Position numbers and translations under genes: made by a program. A DNA stretch of 64,000 nucleotides from Cyanobacteria bacterium J06626_4 (GTDB taxonomy: Bacteria; Cyanobacteriota; Cyanobacteriia; Phormidesmidales; Phormidesmidaceae): positions 32,001 to 96,000 of the forward strand of contig JBCBJQ010000003.1 of NCBI GenBank assembly GCA_038523235.1. Direction: 5' to 3'. Of this stretch, positions 41,507 through 52,158 are shown in pieces. The notes beneath the pieces were generated by a model. The model searched no databases. It saw nothing but the letters and a program-made list of their open reading frames with translations, and had not been told where the DNA came from. The number at the start of each line of letters is the position of its first letter. The stretch's first letter is position 1.

Positions 41507-42606
41507 AGGCTTTCCCACAGGGCAGCCTCACTGAGGGCGTCCCAATCATCCGCAAACCACTGGCCGACGCCAAAGCCCAGCGCTCGTTTCGGCCTACTTA
41601 GCGCCCAAAGTTGCTGGGCTAACTGCAACGCGACATGACGCCCAATTGGGGTTTCTAACGCAGAGGAGATGACTACGTCGAGTGGGTGCTGTTGGCAAAA
41701 GTCCAGCAGTCGGTGAGGAAAGCCCGCGATCGTAGGCTTCACCACATACACCACTGCGTTGCCTAACCGCTGGTAAACCTGCTCAAGCTGGTGCACGGTC
41801 GTGACGGATTCATCCAGGGCAATCGCGGTTTTGAAGCTGTGCACTGCTGTGCTGAGCCAGTCCAAACTGTGATCGGGCGGCAGTGGCTGCTCCAGAAACT
41901 CAACTTTGCCAGTGGTTGAGTCGCAGGCCGTGAGCCACGCCGCCGCTGCCTCACTCGTTAACCCACCATTAGCATCCAGCCGCAGCCGCGCCTGCTCGGG
42001 CAATACCGTGACCAACTGTCGGAACAGGGCCAGCTCCGCGGCCACTGCAGCGACGCCAATTTTCCATTTAAAGGTGCGATGTCCCCGCTCCCACAGCGTC
42101 GACCAAGCATCCAGTGCCGCCTGGCCTGCCGGTAGCAATCCACAGATGTCCACCGGGGCTAAGGGCTCTGCGCTTAAAACCTGTCTCTGGTATGGCAACG
42201 CTGGCGGTAAGGGGTAGACATTGCCAATCCCCGGCGATCGAGACGCTATTTTTAGGCCACTCTCTAAAGCCGCAACGCTTGCGTTGCCACGGGGCGAACT
42301 GACCGGTTCGTGACTCGCGACTCGGAGCCCCGCCGCAAAGCCAAATTGACAGGCCGGTAAGGTATTGGGAATCGTCAAAATCTGTTCGGCTTTGAATCGA
42401 GCCGGCCACTGGCGACAAAATTCGCTGGCCTGCGCCAAGGTTTCTGTGCCAAACCAGGGAATGGGCGCAATTTCTCCAAAGGTCACCCGCCCCGACTCAG
42501 CCGCTAGCCGCAAAATCAGCCCTGCCCGCTGTGGCCAAAGGCCGTGCGCAGTCTGCAACGGCAGTTGAAAGGGACGGCAGTAGGGACGAAATTCTAGCTG
42601 CATCAT
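41503..42606 (-). CDS. menC: O-succinylbenzoate synthase
   Basis: GEIAP, FKWKIG, LRLDANG, EFLEQP, IALDES, SSALET; ATGA overlap with menA. Confidence 0.92.
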   Translation of the reverse strand: MMQLEFRPYCRPFQLPLQTAHGLWPQRAGLILRLAAESGRVTFGEIAPIPWFGTETLAQASEFCRQWPARFKAEQILTIPNTLPACQFGFAAGLRVASHEPVSSPRGNASVAALESGLKIASRSPGIGNVYPLPPALPYQRQVLSAEPLAPVDICGLLPAGQAALDAWSTLWERGHRTFKWKIGVAAVAAELALFRQLVTVLPEQARLRLDANGGLTSEAAAAWLTACDSTTGKVEFLEQPLPPDHSLDWLSTAVHSFKTAIALDESVTTVHQLEQVYQRLGNAVVYVVKPTIAGFPHRLLDFCQQHPLDVVISSALETPIGRHVALQLAQQLWALSRPKRALGFGVGQWFADDWDALSEAALWESL

Positions 42607-43511
42607 CCCCCCAGCGGCAGCACTAGCCCCACACTCAGCAGCACACCACTCCAAAAATGGAAGCCGATCGCGTAAAACTTGGCGTCAAAAATCTTCTCTG
42701 GCTGGTCATGATGGCGCCAGACATGGCGTGAGAGACGCATGGCCGATAGGCCACTGGCCAACGCAATCAGCGTCCACACTGGCCAGTAGCCCCCGCCAAC
42801 TCCGAGCAAAATCAGCCCTAAAACGACCCCACAACATACCGGAATGAACTGCGCCCCCCGTTGGGTGCCGAGACGAACAATCGGCGATCGCTTGCCTGCT
42901 GCCAGGTCATCCTCCACCTGATGAAAGTGTGAGCAAAACAGCACCAGCGAAGTCGTAATGCCCAGCAGCACCCCGGCGATTTGACTGCCAACGGACCACC
43001 CCTGCACTTGGCTGTAGTAGGCGGCACCCACCCCTAATGGCCCAAAACTAAAAAAGCAGAGAATCTCGCCTAGCCCCTGATAGCCCAACCGAAATGGGGG
43101 ACCCTGGTAGGCATAGCCGAGTAGGCAACACAGCAAAATCAGCCAGAGGACGGTGAAATCGTTTTGCCAGAGGGCGATCGCGATAATCCCGGCGATGCCT
43201 AAGCCGAGACAAAGATTGCCCACCGCAAACACTAGCCACTTGTTGCGCGTCAGGTTGACCAGCGAATGCGCCTTATTCACATCAATGCCTGTTGCCGCAT
43301 CGAAGACATCGTTACTCAGGTTCTCCCACACCAAAATCAGCACCGCCGCCATTAGAAAGGTGAGAAAGATGCTGACATTAAACACACCTGTTTCTGCAAA
43401 GGCGATCGCGCTCCCCAACAAAATGGGCATCACGGCCACACTGTACATCGGTGGTTTGAGGGCAGCCAGCCAGAGCTTACGCTTGGCCACCTCAACAGAT
43501 TGAATGGTCAT
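42603..43511 (-). CDS. menA: 2-carboxy-1,4-naphthoquinone phytyltransferase
   Basis: AALKPPMYSVA, NDVFD..TGID, YQGPPFRLGY, DDLAAGK.SPIVRLG. Confidence 0.94.
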   Translation of the reverse strand: MTIQSVEVAKRKLWLAALKPPMYSVAVMPILLGSAIAFAETGVFNVSIFLTFLMAAVLILVWENLSNDVFDAATGIDVNKAHSLVNLTRNKWLVFAVGNLCLGLGIAGIIAIALWQNDFTVLWLILLCCLLGYAYQGPPFRLGYQGLGEILCFFSFGPLGVGAAYYSQVQGWSVGSQIAGVLLGITTSLVLFCSHFHQVEDDLAAGKRSPIVRLGTQRGAQFIPVCCGVVLGLILLGVGGGYWPVWTLIALASGLSAMRLSRHVWRHHDQPEKIFDAKFYAIGFHFWSGVLLSVGLVLPLGG

Positions 43512-43765
43512 GGCTCGCGACAGGGAATTTCCTAGGGCTCAACCAGCATAGATCGCTCTAGCCGTTCTCTATCAACAATCAGGGCGGGGCATGATGAAGC
43601 CATGAAAATAGGGTTTCGAGCCTGTAGTGTCCAGAGTGGAATGGCGATGCCGATAACCTCCCGCCAAGATGCTGAAGGTCTTTAAGCCGATGCACATGTT
43701 CAATGCCGATGTGCTTACAGACCAAGGCTTGATCGTAAGCCTTATCCTCACCTATCAACTGTTGC

Positions 43766-44104
43766 CTACACGCTGTGTTCTTTAGAAAGTGGCTGTGAAA
43801 CCGCTTTTGCAGACAGCAACCAAGCAGTCCCGATCAGCATTGAATACCCGCCAAACAGGAAAGCCGCGTACCGCCCCGCAGTTTCGGGTTGCATATTGCT
43901 CATAAATTCTGAAAAACCGACAAGAATTGGAACTTCACCAAGCATTCCTGGCAAGGCGATACAAACCGCCCCTTGCAACCAGTCTTTCCGCTCAATCTTT
44001 CGCCACTTCATGAGCCCCAGAGACGCAGCGATATACAAAGCACCCGTAAAAATCACGTTGAGCCAATACCCCACACTAGACCCCTCAAAGAAGGATGAGC
44101 CCAT
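43766..44104 (-). pseudogene. Membrane protein (DUF5367-like), probably 5'-truncated
   Basis: Hydrophobic ORF with ALPGML motif; in-frame stop shortly upstream and no clear RBS. Confidence 0.4.
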
Positions 44105-44304
44105 CAGGAGATCCAGAAACCCAACGCCTAATAGAACAAGAGAGCCAAAAATGGGTGAATTTCCTGTTTGATCTTACCCATGACAAAACGACAGGCCTTT
44201 TGTTGTTTCACTTATTTCAGGGCGTGATTCTAGATTTTCTAACCACGGGAAATGCCCAGCGCGGACAACAGACTATTAAGGCGTTTACAGCTGATCTGCC
44301 ATAG
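44095..44304 (+). pseudogene. Probable C-terminal fragment of a TetR-family regulator
   Basis: FQGVILDFLTTGN resembles the TetR C-terminal helix; no HTH present. Confidence 0.35.
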
Positions 44305-44546
44305 CGCTAGACTCAACCCCTGCCGATGATTTTGCGGTGACTGTCAGCATTAGTAGCTTGAGCCCAATACTGTGGGCTAATTGGCCTTAATACAGTCTAA
44401 ACAAACCGATTCTTTCACCAACATCATGCGGTACCCTTGGTAAGCATTGATATTGGCCCGATGTCTATGGCCCCTGTCAGCGGGGCTGATAGGGGTGGCA
44501 AAACACGGGTCGATGCGGGTATTGGCGATCGAGATTGGGCTATCCT

Positions 44547-46358
44547 ATGGCGCTCGTTGTTCAAAAGTTTGGGGGCACTTCGGTCGGCTCAGTTGAGCGG
44601 ATCCAGGCCGTGGCCCAGCGAGTGCAGCAAACCGTCGCTGCCGGGCATCAGGTGGCAGTGGTCGTGTCGGCCATGGGCAAAACCACCGATAGTCTGGTGA
44701 AGCTGGCCAATGAAATTTCTGAGAGTCCCAGCCGCCGTGAGATGGACATGCTGCTGTCAACCGGTGAGCAGGTCTCGATCGCCCTGTTGACGATGGCGCT
44801 GCACAGCTTGGGGCAAGCGGCAATCTCGCTCACGGGCGCGCAGGTCGGCATCGTGACAGAGGCCGATCACAGTCGTGCGCGCATTCTCGACATTCGTACC
44901 GAACGACTGCAGCGGCATTTAGACGAAGGTAAGGTCGTTGTGGTGGCGGGCTTTCAAGGCGTCAGCCCCAGCAGCGATTTTGAGATTACGACGCTGGGGC
45001 GGGGCGGATCAGATACCTCTGCCGTCGCGCTAGCCGCAGCTTTGCGGGCTAGTAAATGTGAAATTTATACCGATGTGCCAGGAATTTTGACGACCGATCC
45101 GCGATTGGTGCCCGAAGCGCAGCTCATGGCCGCCATCACCTGCGACGAAATGCTCGAGCTTGCCAGTTTGGGGGCCAAGGTGCTGCATCCCCGCGCGGTG
45201 GAAATCGCCCGCAATTATGGCGTGCCGCTCGTGGTGCGCTCCAGCTGGACGGATGAGCCCGGCACCTATGTCGAGGCCCCGGCGCGGCACCCGAAGTCCC
45301 TAGACGGGTTGGAACTCGTTCACCCCGTTGATGCCATCGAGTTTGATACGGATCAGGCGAAAGTGGCGCTGCTGCGGATCCCCGATCGCCCTGGCGTCGC
45401 CGCCCGGCTGTTTGGCGAAATGGCGGCCCAACGTCTCAACGTGGATTTGATCATTCAATCGATCCATGAGGGCAACACCAACGACATTGCTTTCACGGTG
45501 GTGCGGGCCAACCTGCCCCAAGCCGAAGCCGTTGCGGCGGCGATCGCCCCGGTGCTGCGAGGCAATATCGCCGATTCATCCCAGGCGGAGATTTTTGTCG
45601 ATCAGCGGGTCGCCAAAGTCAGCATCGTGGGCGCGGGCATGATTGGCCGTCCTGGTGTGGCTGCCCGCATGTTTTCCACCCTGGCCGCTGCTGAGGTCAA
45701 TATTCAAATGATCTCGACCTCTGAGGTTAAGGTCAGCTGCACGGTGCAGATTGATCAGTGCGATCAGGCCATTAATGCCCTCTGCCAGGCCTTTCAGGTG
45801 ACCTGTTCACCCCTCAAGTCAAAGCCCCCCTCACCCGTCGCTACCTCAATGCCCGACGTCAGGGGCGCAGTGCTCGATCTTAAACAGGTGCAAGTGGCCA
45901 TGCGTCAGGTGCCCGATTTGCCCGGCATGGCCGCCCAAATCTTTGAGCGGCTGGCCACGGCCGGGGTGAGCGTTGACATGATTATTCAGTCGCAGCGGTG
46001 TCGGCTGGTCGAGGGCCAACCGACCCGTGACATTGCCTTTACCGTGGCCCAAGCAGAGGCGGCGCAAGCCCAATCTGTGGTTGCCAGTGCCGCTGCTGAG
46101 CTGGGCTGTGGGAATGTGGCCGTCAACAGGGCGATCGCCAAAGTCAGCGTCGTCGGGTTAGGCATGATTAATCGCCCTGGAGTAGCTGCTCGGATGTTTG
46201 CCGCGCTAGCCCAGCAGCAAATTAACATTCAGATGATTGCCACTTCGGAAATCAAGATTAGCTGCCTGGTCAGTGAGGCCGATGGCCTCAAGGCCCTTAA
46301 GGCGGTGCATGACGCTTTTCAACTAAATGGGGCGGCGGCGATGGCCGCCTCAGCTTGA
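44547..46358 (+). CDS. lysC: Aspartate kinase (cyanobacterial form with four ACT domains)
   Basis: [28 protein letters not shown], repeated ACT motifs. Confidence 0.96.
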   Translation: MALVVQKFGGTSVGSVERIQAVAQRVQQTVAAGHQVAVVVSAMGKTTDSLVKLANEISESPSRREMDMLLSTGEQVSIALLTMALHSLGQAAISLTGAQVGIVTEADHSRARILDIRTERLQRHLDEGKVVVVAGFQGVSPSSDFEITTLGRGGSDTSAVALAAALRASKCEIYTDVPGILTTDPRLVPEAQLMAAITCDEMLELASLGAKVLHPRAVEIARNYGVPLVVRSSWTDEPGTYVEAPARHPKSLDGLELVHPVDAIEFDTDQAKVALLRIPDRPGVAARLFGEMAAQRLNVDLIIQSIHEGNTNDIAFTVVRANLPQAEAVAAAIAPVLRGNIADSSQAEIFVDQRVAKVSIVGAGMIGRPGVAARMFSTLAAAEVNIQMISTSEVKVSCTVQIDQCDQAINALCQAFQVTCSPLKSKPPSPVATSMPDVRGAVLDLKQVQVAMRQVPDLPGMAAQIFERLATAGVSVDMIIQSQRCRLVEGQPTRDIAFTVAQAEAAQAQSVVASAAAELGCGNVAVNRAIAKVSVVGLGMINRPGVAARMFAALAQQQINIQMIATSEIKISCLVSEADGLKALKAVHDAFQLNGAAAMAASA

Positions 46359-46713
46359 GGAGCCTGGCGCGATCGCTGGAGGCCACTGATTTTCAGAATC
46401 ACGGCAGCAAACCTGGCCACTCATCCAAGCCGATGAATTGGGTTCGCTGCTCTAAAGATACAGAACAGCAGCATCCCTGCTATTGCCAGAGCGTGAAGTT
46501 TGACGTTCGGGTGAAATAACTCGGAGATTTCAGGCCGTCTCTTTGAGGATGGAGCAGTTGAGGAAAAGCAACCGAGATTGAACTGGGTGTTCTACTTCAA
46601 TATCCCTGTGAGGTAGACGACCGAGAAACCTGAGTTTTCTGACGGCCTGTAGTTGAACACTGAAAGAGTGTGATATCGTTATTAACCGTGCTTGGAGAAT
46701 CTTCCAACACTGC

Positions 46714-46785
46714 GGGTCGCTAGCTCAGCGGTAGAGCACTCGGCTTTTAACCGATTGGTCCTGGGTTCGAATCCCAGGCGACCCA
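46714..46785 (+). tRNA. trnK: tRNA-Lys(TTT)
   Basis: Acceptor GGGTCGC/GCGACCC, D-arm GCTC/GAGC, anticodon loop CT TTT AA, GTTCGAATC. Confidence 0.97.
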
Positions 46786-47136
46786 TTTTCAAGGTGGATC
46801 CAAAGTGTCGAATATTGCTGGCCAATGGACTCATTGGGTGATGACTGGCCGCGCTATTTTGGCCAAGTCTGAGCGAAATATCAAAAAACCGAGACTTTTG
46901 CGCAATCTTTAAATAAATCTGAAATCTGTCCTAAATGACCCGTGCAAAAGTCTCAGCGGCTTTCTACCAGGTCGTTTAGTCGATAGGTCAGCGTATTTTG
47001 CTCTTAACAGAGATTAAAGGTTTACCTCACAAAACGTCATAAAGGCTGAGATTCTGCCTTAAGATTGATAGGTAAGGATACCGATTGGTTCTGAACTTAC
47101 GATTGCCGAAGGCAAGAAAAAGACTAGGAGGATTTT

Positions 47137-48216
47137 ATGGCGCTCGTCCCTATGCGGTTAATGCTGGATCACGCAGCCGAGAACGGTTACGGAATTCCGG
47201 CATACAACGTCAACAACTTAGAGCAGATCCTGGCGATCATGCACGCTGCTGACGAAACCGATAGTCCAGTAATTTTGCAGGCTTCTCGCGGTGCTCGTAA
47301 ATATGCAGGGGAAAACTTCCTGCGTCACTTGGTGCAAGCAGCTGTTGAAACCTACCCCAACATTCCGGTCGTGATGCACCAGGACCACGGCAACAGCCCT
47401 GCGACCTGCTATTCTGCCATTCGCAATGGCTTTACCAGCGTCATGATGGATGGTTCTCTTGAGGCCGATGCCAAGACGCCTGCAAGTTTTGAGTACAACG
47501 TCAATGTTACGGCTGAAGTGGTGAAGGTAGCCCATGCTATCGGTGCCAGTGTCGAGGGCGAACTGGGTTGCTTGGGCTCTTTAGAGACCGGCGCTGGTGA
47601 AGCTGAAGACGGTCACGGTTTTGAAGGTACTTTGAGCCACGATCAGTTGCTCACTGACCCTGATGAAGCGGTGCAGTTTGTTGAGGCCACTCAAGTGGAT
47701 GCTCTGGCCGTTGCCATCGGCACTAGCCACGGCGCTTACAAGTTTACGCGTAAGCCCACCGGTGAGATTCTCGCCATCAGCCGCATCGAAGAGATTCACC
47801 GTCGTCTGCCGAATACTCACCTGGTGATGCACGGATCTTCTTCTGTGCCCCAAGAGTGGCTAGACATGATCAACGAGTATGGCGGTCAGATTCCTGAGAC
47901 CTATGGTGTCCCGGTTGAAGAAATTCAAAAGGGTATCAAGAGCGGCGTTCGCAAGGTCAACATTGACACCGACAACCGCTTGGCCATCACGGCAGCCATT
48001 CGCGAAGCGGCGGCTAAGGATCCCACTAACTTTGATCCGCGCCACTTTATGAAGCCGGCCATCAAGTACATGAAGCAGGTTTGTCGCGATCGCTATGAAG
48101 CGTTTGGTTCGGCTGGTAACGCTAGCAAGATCAATCAGGTCGGCGTTGAAGTCTTTGCCGCTAAGTACGCTGCGGGCGAACTCGATGCCAAAGTGAAAAC
48201 TGCGACTGCTGTCTAA
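47137..48216 (+). CDS. fbaA: Fructose-bisphosphate aldolase class II
   Basis: [43 protein letters not shown]. Confidence 0.97.
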   Translation: MALVPMRLMLDHAAENGYGIPAYNVNNLEQILAIMHAADETDSPVILQASRGARKYAGENFLRHLVQAAVETYPNIPVVMHQDHGNSPATCYSAIRNGFTSVMMDGSLEADAKTPASFEYNVNVTAEVVKVAHAIGASVEGELGCLGSLETGAGEAEDGHGFEGTLSHDQLLTDPDEAVQFVEATQVDALAVAIGTSHGAYKFTRKPTGEILAISRIEEIHRRLPNTHLVMHGSSSVPQEWLDMINEYGGQIPETYGVPVEEIQKGIKSGVRKVNIDTDNRLAITAAIREAAAKDPTNFDPRHFMKPAIKYMKQVCRDRYEAFGSAGNASKINQVGVEVFAAKYAAGELDAKVKTATAV

Positions 48217-48247
48217 GCATCACAGTTAATTCCTTGAGGACTATCTG

Positions 48248-48281
48248 AGCCGGTGCCGCTTTTAGTGGCACCGGCTTTTTT
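48248..48281 (+). terminator. fbaA terminator
   Basis: AGCCGGTGCCGCT-TTT-AGTGGCACCGGCT plus T run. Confidence 0.9.
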
Positions 48282-48287
48282 GCCGGG

Positions 48288-48779
48288 TTACCACCCCCAA
48301 GTGCCCATGCCGCCTTTGAAGGGGCCGACAATATCACTCGTAATCCAACCGCCGTAAAAGTCGCCGGGTTGCGCCTGCACCCGTTCATCATCCACGTAGC
48401 AAGCATCCATCTGGCTAGGATAAAGCGCCACACAGTCGCGAATGGCTGCGAACCGCTCGGTCGGCTCAGGGTATCGCCACACCGCATTACTCACCTGGCG
48501 ATCGCCCACCGTGAGATCAAAATATTGAGCTACGCCCTTCCACTCACAAAAAGTCGAGCGCGGGGTCAGCGCTAGATAGTCTTGCTGCATATCCTCAAGG
48601 GGAATGTAATAGACCGGTGGATGACTCGTTTCTAATACCCGCCAGGTTTGCTGAGAATCCGCGATCGTCACGCCATTAAAAACGACTCGAATCCGCCGCG
48701 GCGATTGTTCAACCCGAGGGGGACGAGGATAATCCCAAACGGATTCTTGACCGGGCTGGGGCTCAATACGCTGCACCAT
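48288..48779 (-). CDS. DUF427 domain protein
   Basis: ESVWDYPRPP, LETSHPP.YY, CEWKG.A, FYGGWIT. Confidence 0.9.
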   Translation of the reverse strand: MVQRIEPQPGQESVWDYPRPPRVEQSPRRIRVVFNGVTIADSQQTWRVLETSHPPVYYIPLEDMQQDYLALTPRSTFCEWKGVAQYFDLTVGDRQVSNAVWRYPEPTERFAAIRDCVALYPSQMDACYVDDERVQAQPGDFYGGWITSDIVGPFKGGMGTWGW

Positions 48780-49073
48780 AGCTGCTCTCTCGCATTCTGT
48801 GGATGTGAACTGGGTAAAAGCACCCTCAGTCTTACGCTTGTTCGCCACCAGGTAGGACTCTCTGACTTAATAGCGGCCTATCGGCTCCCGACAGAGAACC
48901 CGAGACGTCGGGTCAGGCGTGAATTTAAAGATGCGCTTACCTCACTGAGGGCATTGTGCCATGCCGCTTCAGAGCCTGCAGGTGAGCTTAGCCAGGTGGC
49001 ATTGTCCTAGCTAGCAGGACAATTGCAATAAAGTCTGAGGAATTCTACTTATTGCGCAAGAAATTTTGTAAGG

Positions 49074-49688
49074 TTGTTTGTGCAGTCCACCCAAGATGCT
49101 GGCGTGACCAACTTCAACTCTAACGAACCCCAAATGGAACCTTTGGGTCGTGTCCAGATTTTGGTCGCGATGGGCGTCACCGCCTTAGTGCTACTGCTAA
49201 TTGCCCGTTTTTGGCTACTGCTCGATTCTGTCGTGCTGTTGTCAGTGGCGTTTAATACTGAAATCTTACTGGTGGGTTTAGGTGTCGGAGTCGGCATCAC
49301 GGGTGCCAGCGCGATCGCCTATCGTCTCTGGCCAGGATATCGCAACAGCGCCGATGTCTATCTCAAGCTAGTGCTGGAACCTCTAGCCTGGGGCGACCTC
49401 GTGTGGATGGGGCTGCTGCCTGGCCTGAGTGAAGAGTTACTCTTTCGCGGCGTGATGTTACCCGCGATTGGGCTAAACATCTATGGCGTTGTCTTTTCCA
49501 GTCTCTGCTTTGGCGTGTTGCATCTCAGCGGTCTGCAGCAGTGGCCCTATGTAGCGTGGGCCACCCTGATTGGCCTCATCCTAGCGATGAGTGCCCTATT
49601 GTCAGGCAATCTGCTGATTCCCATTGTGGCGCATACGACGACCAATCTCCTCGCTAGCCTGGTGTGGAAGTTCAAATATCGAGCCTAA
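49074..49688 (+). CDS. CPBP (CAAX/Abi) intramembrane protease
   Basis: EELLFRG, FG.LH, H..N motifs; start uncertain. Confidence 0.9.
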   Translation: MFVQSTQDAGVTNFNSNEPQMEPLGRVQILVAMGVTALVLLLIARFWLLLDSVVLLSVAFNTEILLVGLGVGVGITGASAIAYRLWPGYRNSADVYLKLVLEPLAWGDLVWMGLLPGLSEELLFRGVMLPAIGLNIYGVVFSSLCFGVLHLSGLQQWPYVAWATLIGLILAMSALLSGNLLIPIVAHTTTNLLASLVWKFKYRA

Positions 49689-50075
49689 TCGTTTTTATCC
49701 TGCGCCCCACCGCAGGCGATGGCTCAGCGGATCGGTTAGCGGCAATTCGTCAACGCGTCCCAGGTCTGCCGCTCGCCGTATTCCAACTTCTGGGTGGTCC
49801 GTCGCGATCGCAACACCGACGCTGCGGATTATCGGGAGAGCCCACCTAGTCGCCACATATCAGACGTTGAACATACTGTCTTAGGGAATCTGATTGGGGA
49901 TTACACCTAGGAGCTTCCCTAAAATCTGATCCAGAAAATCTCTGACAGCTATAAAATCACTACACAATCGCTGAAGGTATTTAAAGATACCGTTAATCCA
50001 TGCGTACATACATGCATGTTCTTATCGCTACGGGACATACTGAGAGCGTCGGTTTATTCAGTGGAAATACGATAC

Positions 50076-50837
50076 ATGTTTTCTTCAATCTCTAAAACAG
50101 CCATGACTTTGGGTACGGTCGCAGGTTGCTTGATGGCAACTGCAGGCCAAGCCAGCGCTTTTACGTTTGAAACTAACTGGACAGGCACACCGCCTAAAGG
50201 CGACATCTATCTCGACTCCGTAGAAATCGGCAACGCCATCGTGTCTGATTTTGCTCTGGTCAACGGTGTCAATATCACGAACAACACTGCCCATACCGGC
50301 GGCAATTCTGGCGCCGCCAGCTCTGATCTCGGTGACGACGCCACCGTAGGCGTCAAGCTGGAAGATGCTACCAACAGCAGTGTTGAAGAATCTCTAGGCA
50401 ACCGCTATCTCAGCAGCATTATCGATACTGAAGACGGTAATGTTGGCTTCTCAATGGATTTAACCTTTGACAAGAGCTTCAACACCCTCCTGTTTTGGGA
50501 GCGCGGGATCAACAGCACGCTTGGCGTCACCATCAATGGCGTGACGAAAACCCTGACCAAAACCGACTTTGCGCAAGGTGAGACTGATTTCACCTTAGAT
50601 ACGACTGAAATTGGTGGCGCTCAAAAAGTGGGCAGCTACGGCTTAGACTTGTCTGAGTTTGGCATCAGCGGCCAATACAACGGCCCGGTGACTATCTTCA
50701 GTCAAGGTGGTTTCAAGGGCCCTGACTTTAAGGTCGCGGGTGCTACTGTGCCTGAGCCTGCAACTGTTTTGGGCTTAACCGCTGTGGCAGGGGCTTTGGT
50801 TGCTAGCCGTCGTCGCAAGTCTGGCCAGTCGGCCTAG
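50076..50837 (+). CDS. PEP-CTERM exosortase-dependent surface protein (XDP2-like)
   Basis: Signal peptide ending ASA, FWERG.NS, GPDFKV, VPEP + TM + RRRK. Confidence 0.88.
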   Translation: MFSSISKTAMTLGTVAGCLMATAGQASAFTFETNWTGTPPKGDIYLDSVEIGNAIVSDFALVNGVNITNNTAHTGGNSGAASSDLGDDATVGVKLEDATNSSVEESLGNRYLSSIIDTEDGNVGFSMDLTFDKSFNTLLFWERGINSTLGVTINGVTKTLTKTDFAQGETDFTLDTTEIGGAQKVGSYGLDLSEFGISGQYNGPVTIFSQGGFKGPDFKVAGATVPEPATVLGLTAVAGALVASRRRKSGQSA

Positions 50838-50978
50838 TTGTCCGTCAAGATTTAAGGGACTGTCACAAAACCCGCGCTATTTTTCTCATCGTAAGATGGC
50901 GCCCACCTAGCAGAGTTGAGAGAGTGTTGGACGCACTTTTCAGCTCTGCTTTTCCCTTTTATCGGCATTGTCTTGAGG

Positions 50979-51569
50979 CTAAAAGCCTGACCCAGGCTGG
51001 GCTAAAAAGTCCAGCTCGGCTGGGGTGCTTGTTCGGCCCAAAATCGAGTTGCGATGGGGAAACCGACCGAATTCGGCGATCACGCTCCGATGGCGGTAGG
51101 CATAATCGAGGCTCGATCGCAGCTCCGGAGCCACCCGCACCAACGCTTCAAAATAGGCCACCGCTTGGTTTTGGTGAGTCAGATTTTCGCTGTGCTCAAA
51201 GGGCAGATAAAAAAACATACGCTCGACCGGCAACAGGGCTTGGTCGTACTGGCGGGCGATGGCGCTCTGAGCCACGTGCAGAGCCTGATCATCGGCCTCA
51301 AAGCTTTGCGGGGTACCGCGAAACATGTTGCGCGAGAACTGATCGAGCAACACTGTTAAGGCCAGAGCTTCCTTTGAGGTGTTCAGCCAGTGGTCGTAAT
51401 TTCCCAGCCGTGCCTGTTCATAAACCCCGGCAAATTGTTCGCGAATCTGGCGATCAAATACCGGATCTTTCTTAAACCAGCTCCGCCGTTGCTGCCCATA
51501 TTCGCTGTCAGGCGTGGCAGGGACATCAAACCAAAAATTCAAAATCTGAGTCGCAGCTGCTGCAACCAT
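50979..51569 (-). CDS. DUF924 family protein
   Basis: IL.FWF, LDQFSRN.FR, YLPFEHSE, FGRFPHRN.ILGR. Confidence 0.92.
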   Translation of the reverse strand: MVAAAATQILNFWFDVPATPDSEYGQQRRSWFKKDPVFDRQIREQFAGVYEQARLGNYDHWLNTSKEALALTVLLDQFSRNMFRGTPQSFEADDQALHVAQSAIARQYDQALLPVERMFFYLPFEHSENLTHQNQAVAYFEALVRVAPELRSSLDYAYRHRSVIAEFGRFPHRNSILGRTSTPAELDFLAQPGSGF

Positions 51570-51661
51570 AGTTTTCCTGTCAGTGAATTAAACTGACCGA
51601 TCGGCGCGGGATGTGACGACTCTATTAAAGAGATTATCAGCGACCTTGATGAATAGTTCGC

Positions 51662-52087
51662 ATGAACTATAATGATATAGAATATCGCTCACTTATGAAA
51701 AATATTATGGCTAATCTTGTTGCCTCTCCGGCTGATGTTTCCTTTGCCTCTCCCCTCTGGGAAACGGTGCGATTTCGGCGAGCTAAAGAGAAGAAAGGAT
51801 GGGTTTTACTGGGAGTACCCCAGCAGGTTTACCCGTTAGTGGCGTTACGGTTATTTGAACTGCAGGCCAAACTGATCAACCGCCACGAGGCCGAAGGGTT
51901 TACAAATATTTTGTTTGAAGCGCCCCCCAGTGTTCCTGCCAAGCTGGCCTGCGCGTTTCCGGCCCCGCCGGGATGCGATGTGTTGAAGGTTTCTGAATCA
52001 GGCGATCGCGTGCTGTCGGGCAAAGCGGCCAAGTCGCCCAAGGCAGTCGCCCAGCGCCCTGACCCTTCAGAGCTGGCGATCGCTTAA
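51662..52087 (+). CDS. Hypothetical protein
   Basis: 141-aa ORF filling the gap between two minus-strand genes; no recognised motif. Confidence 0.55.
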   Translation: MNYNDIEYRSLMKNIMANLVASPADVSFASPLWETVRFRRAKEKKGWVLLGVPQQVYPLVALRLFELQAKLINRHEAEGFTNILFEAPPSVPAKLACAFPAPPGCDVLKVSESGDRVLSGKAAKSPKAVAQRPDPSELAIA

Positions 52088-52158
52088 ATGAGTCGATTGA
52101 ATTTGACCGCAGATCGTCAGGCGTTGGCGGACTTCACCACTGATGCCTCTGATCGGCT

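Noticed and set aside
43645..43685. Fluoride riboswitch-like GGCGATG...GCTGA
   Set aside because: Pseudoknot complementarity and spacing do not fit, and there is no suitable downstream gene
46531..46649. CAGGCCGTC/GACGGCCTG inverted pair as MITE ends
   Set aside because: Only 9 bp, no target duplication and no second copy in the window
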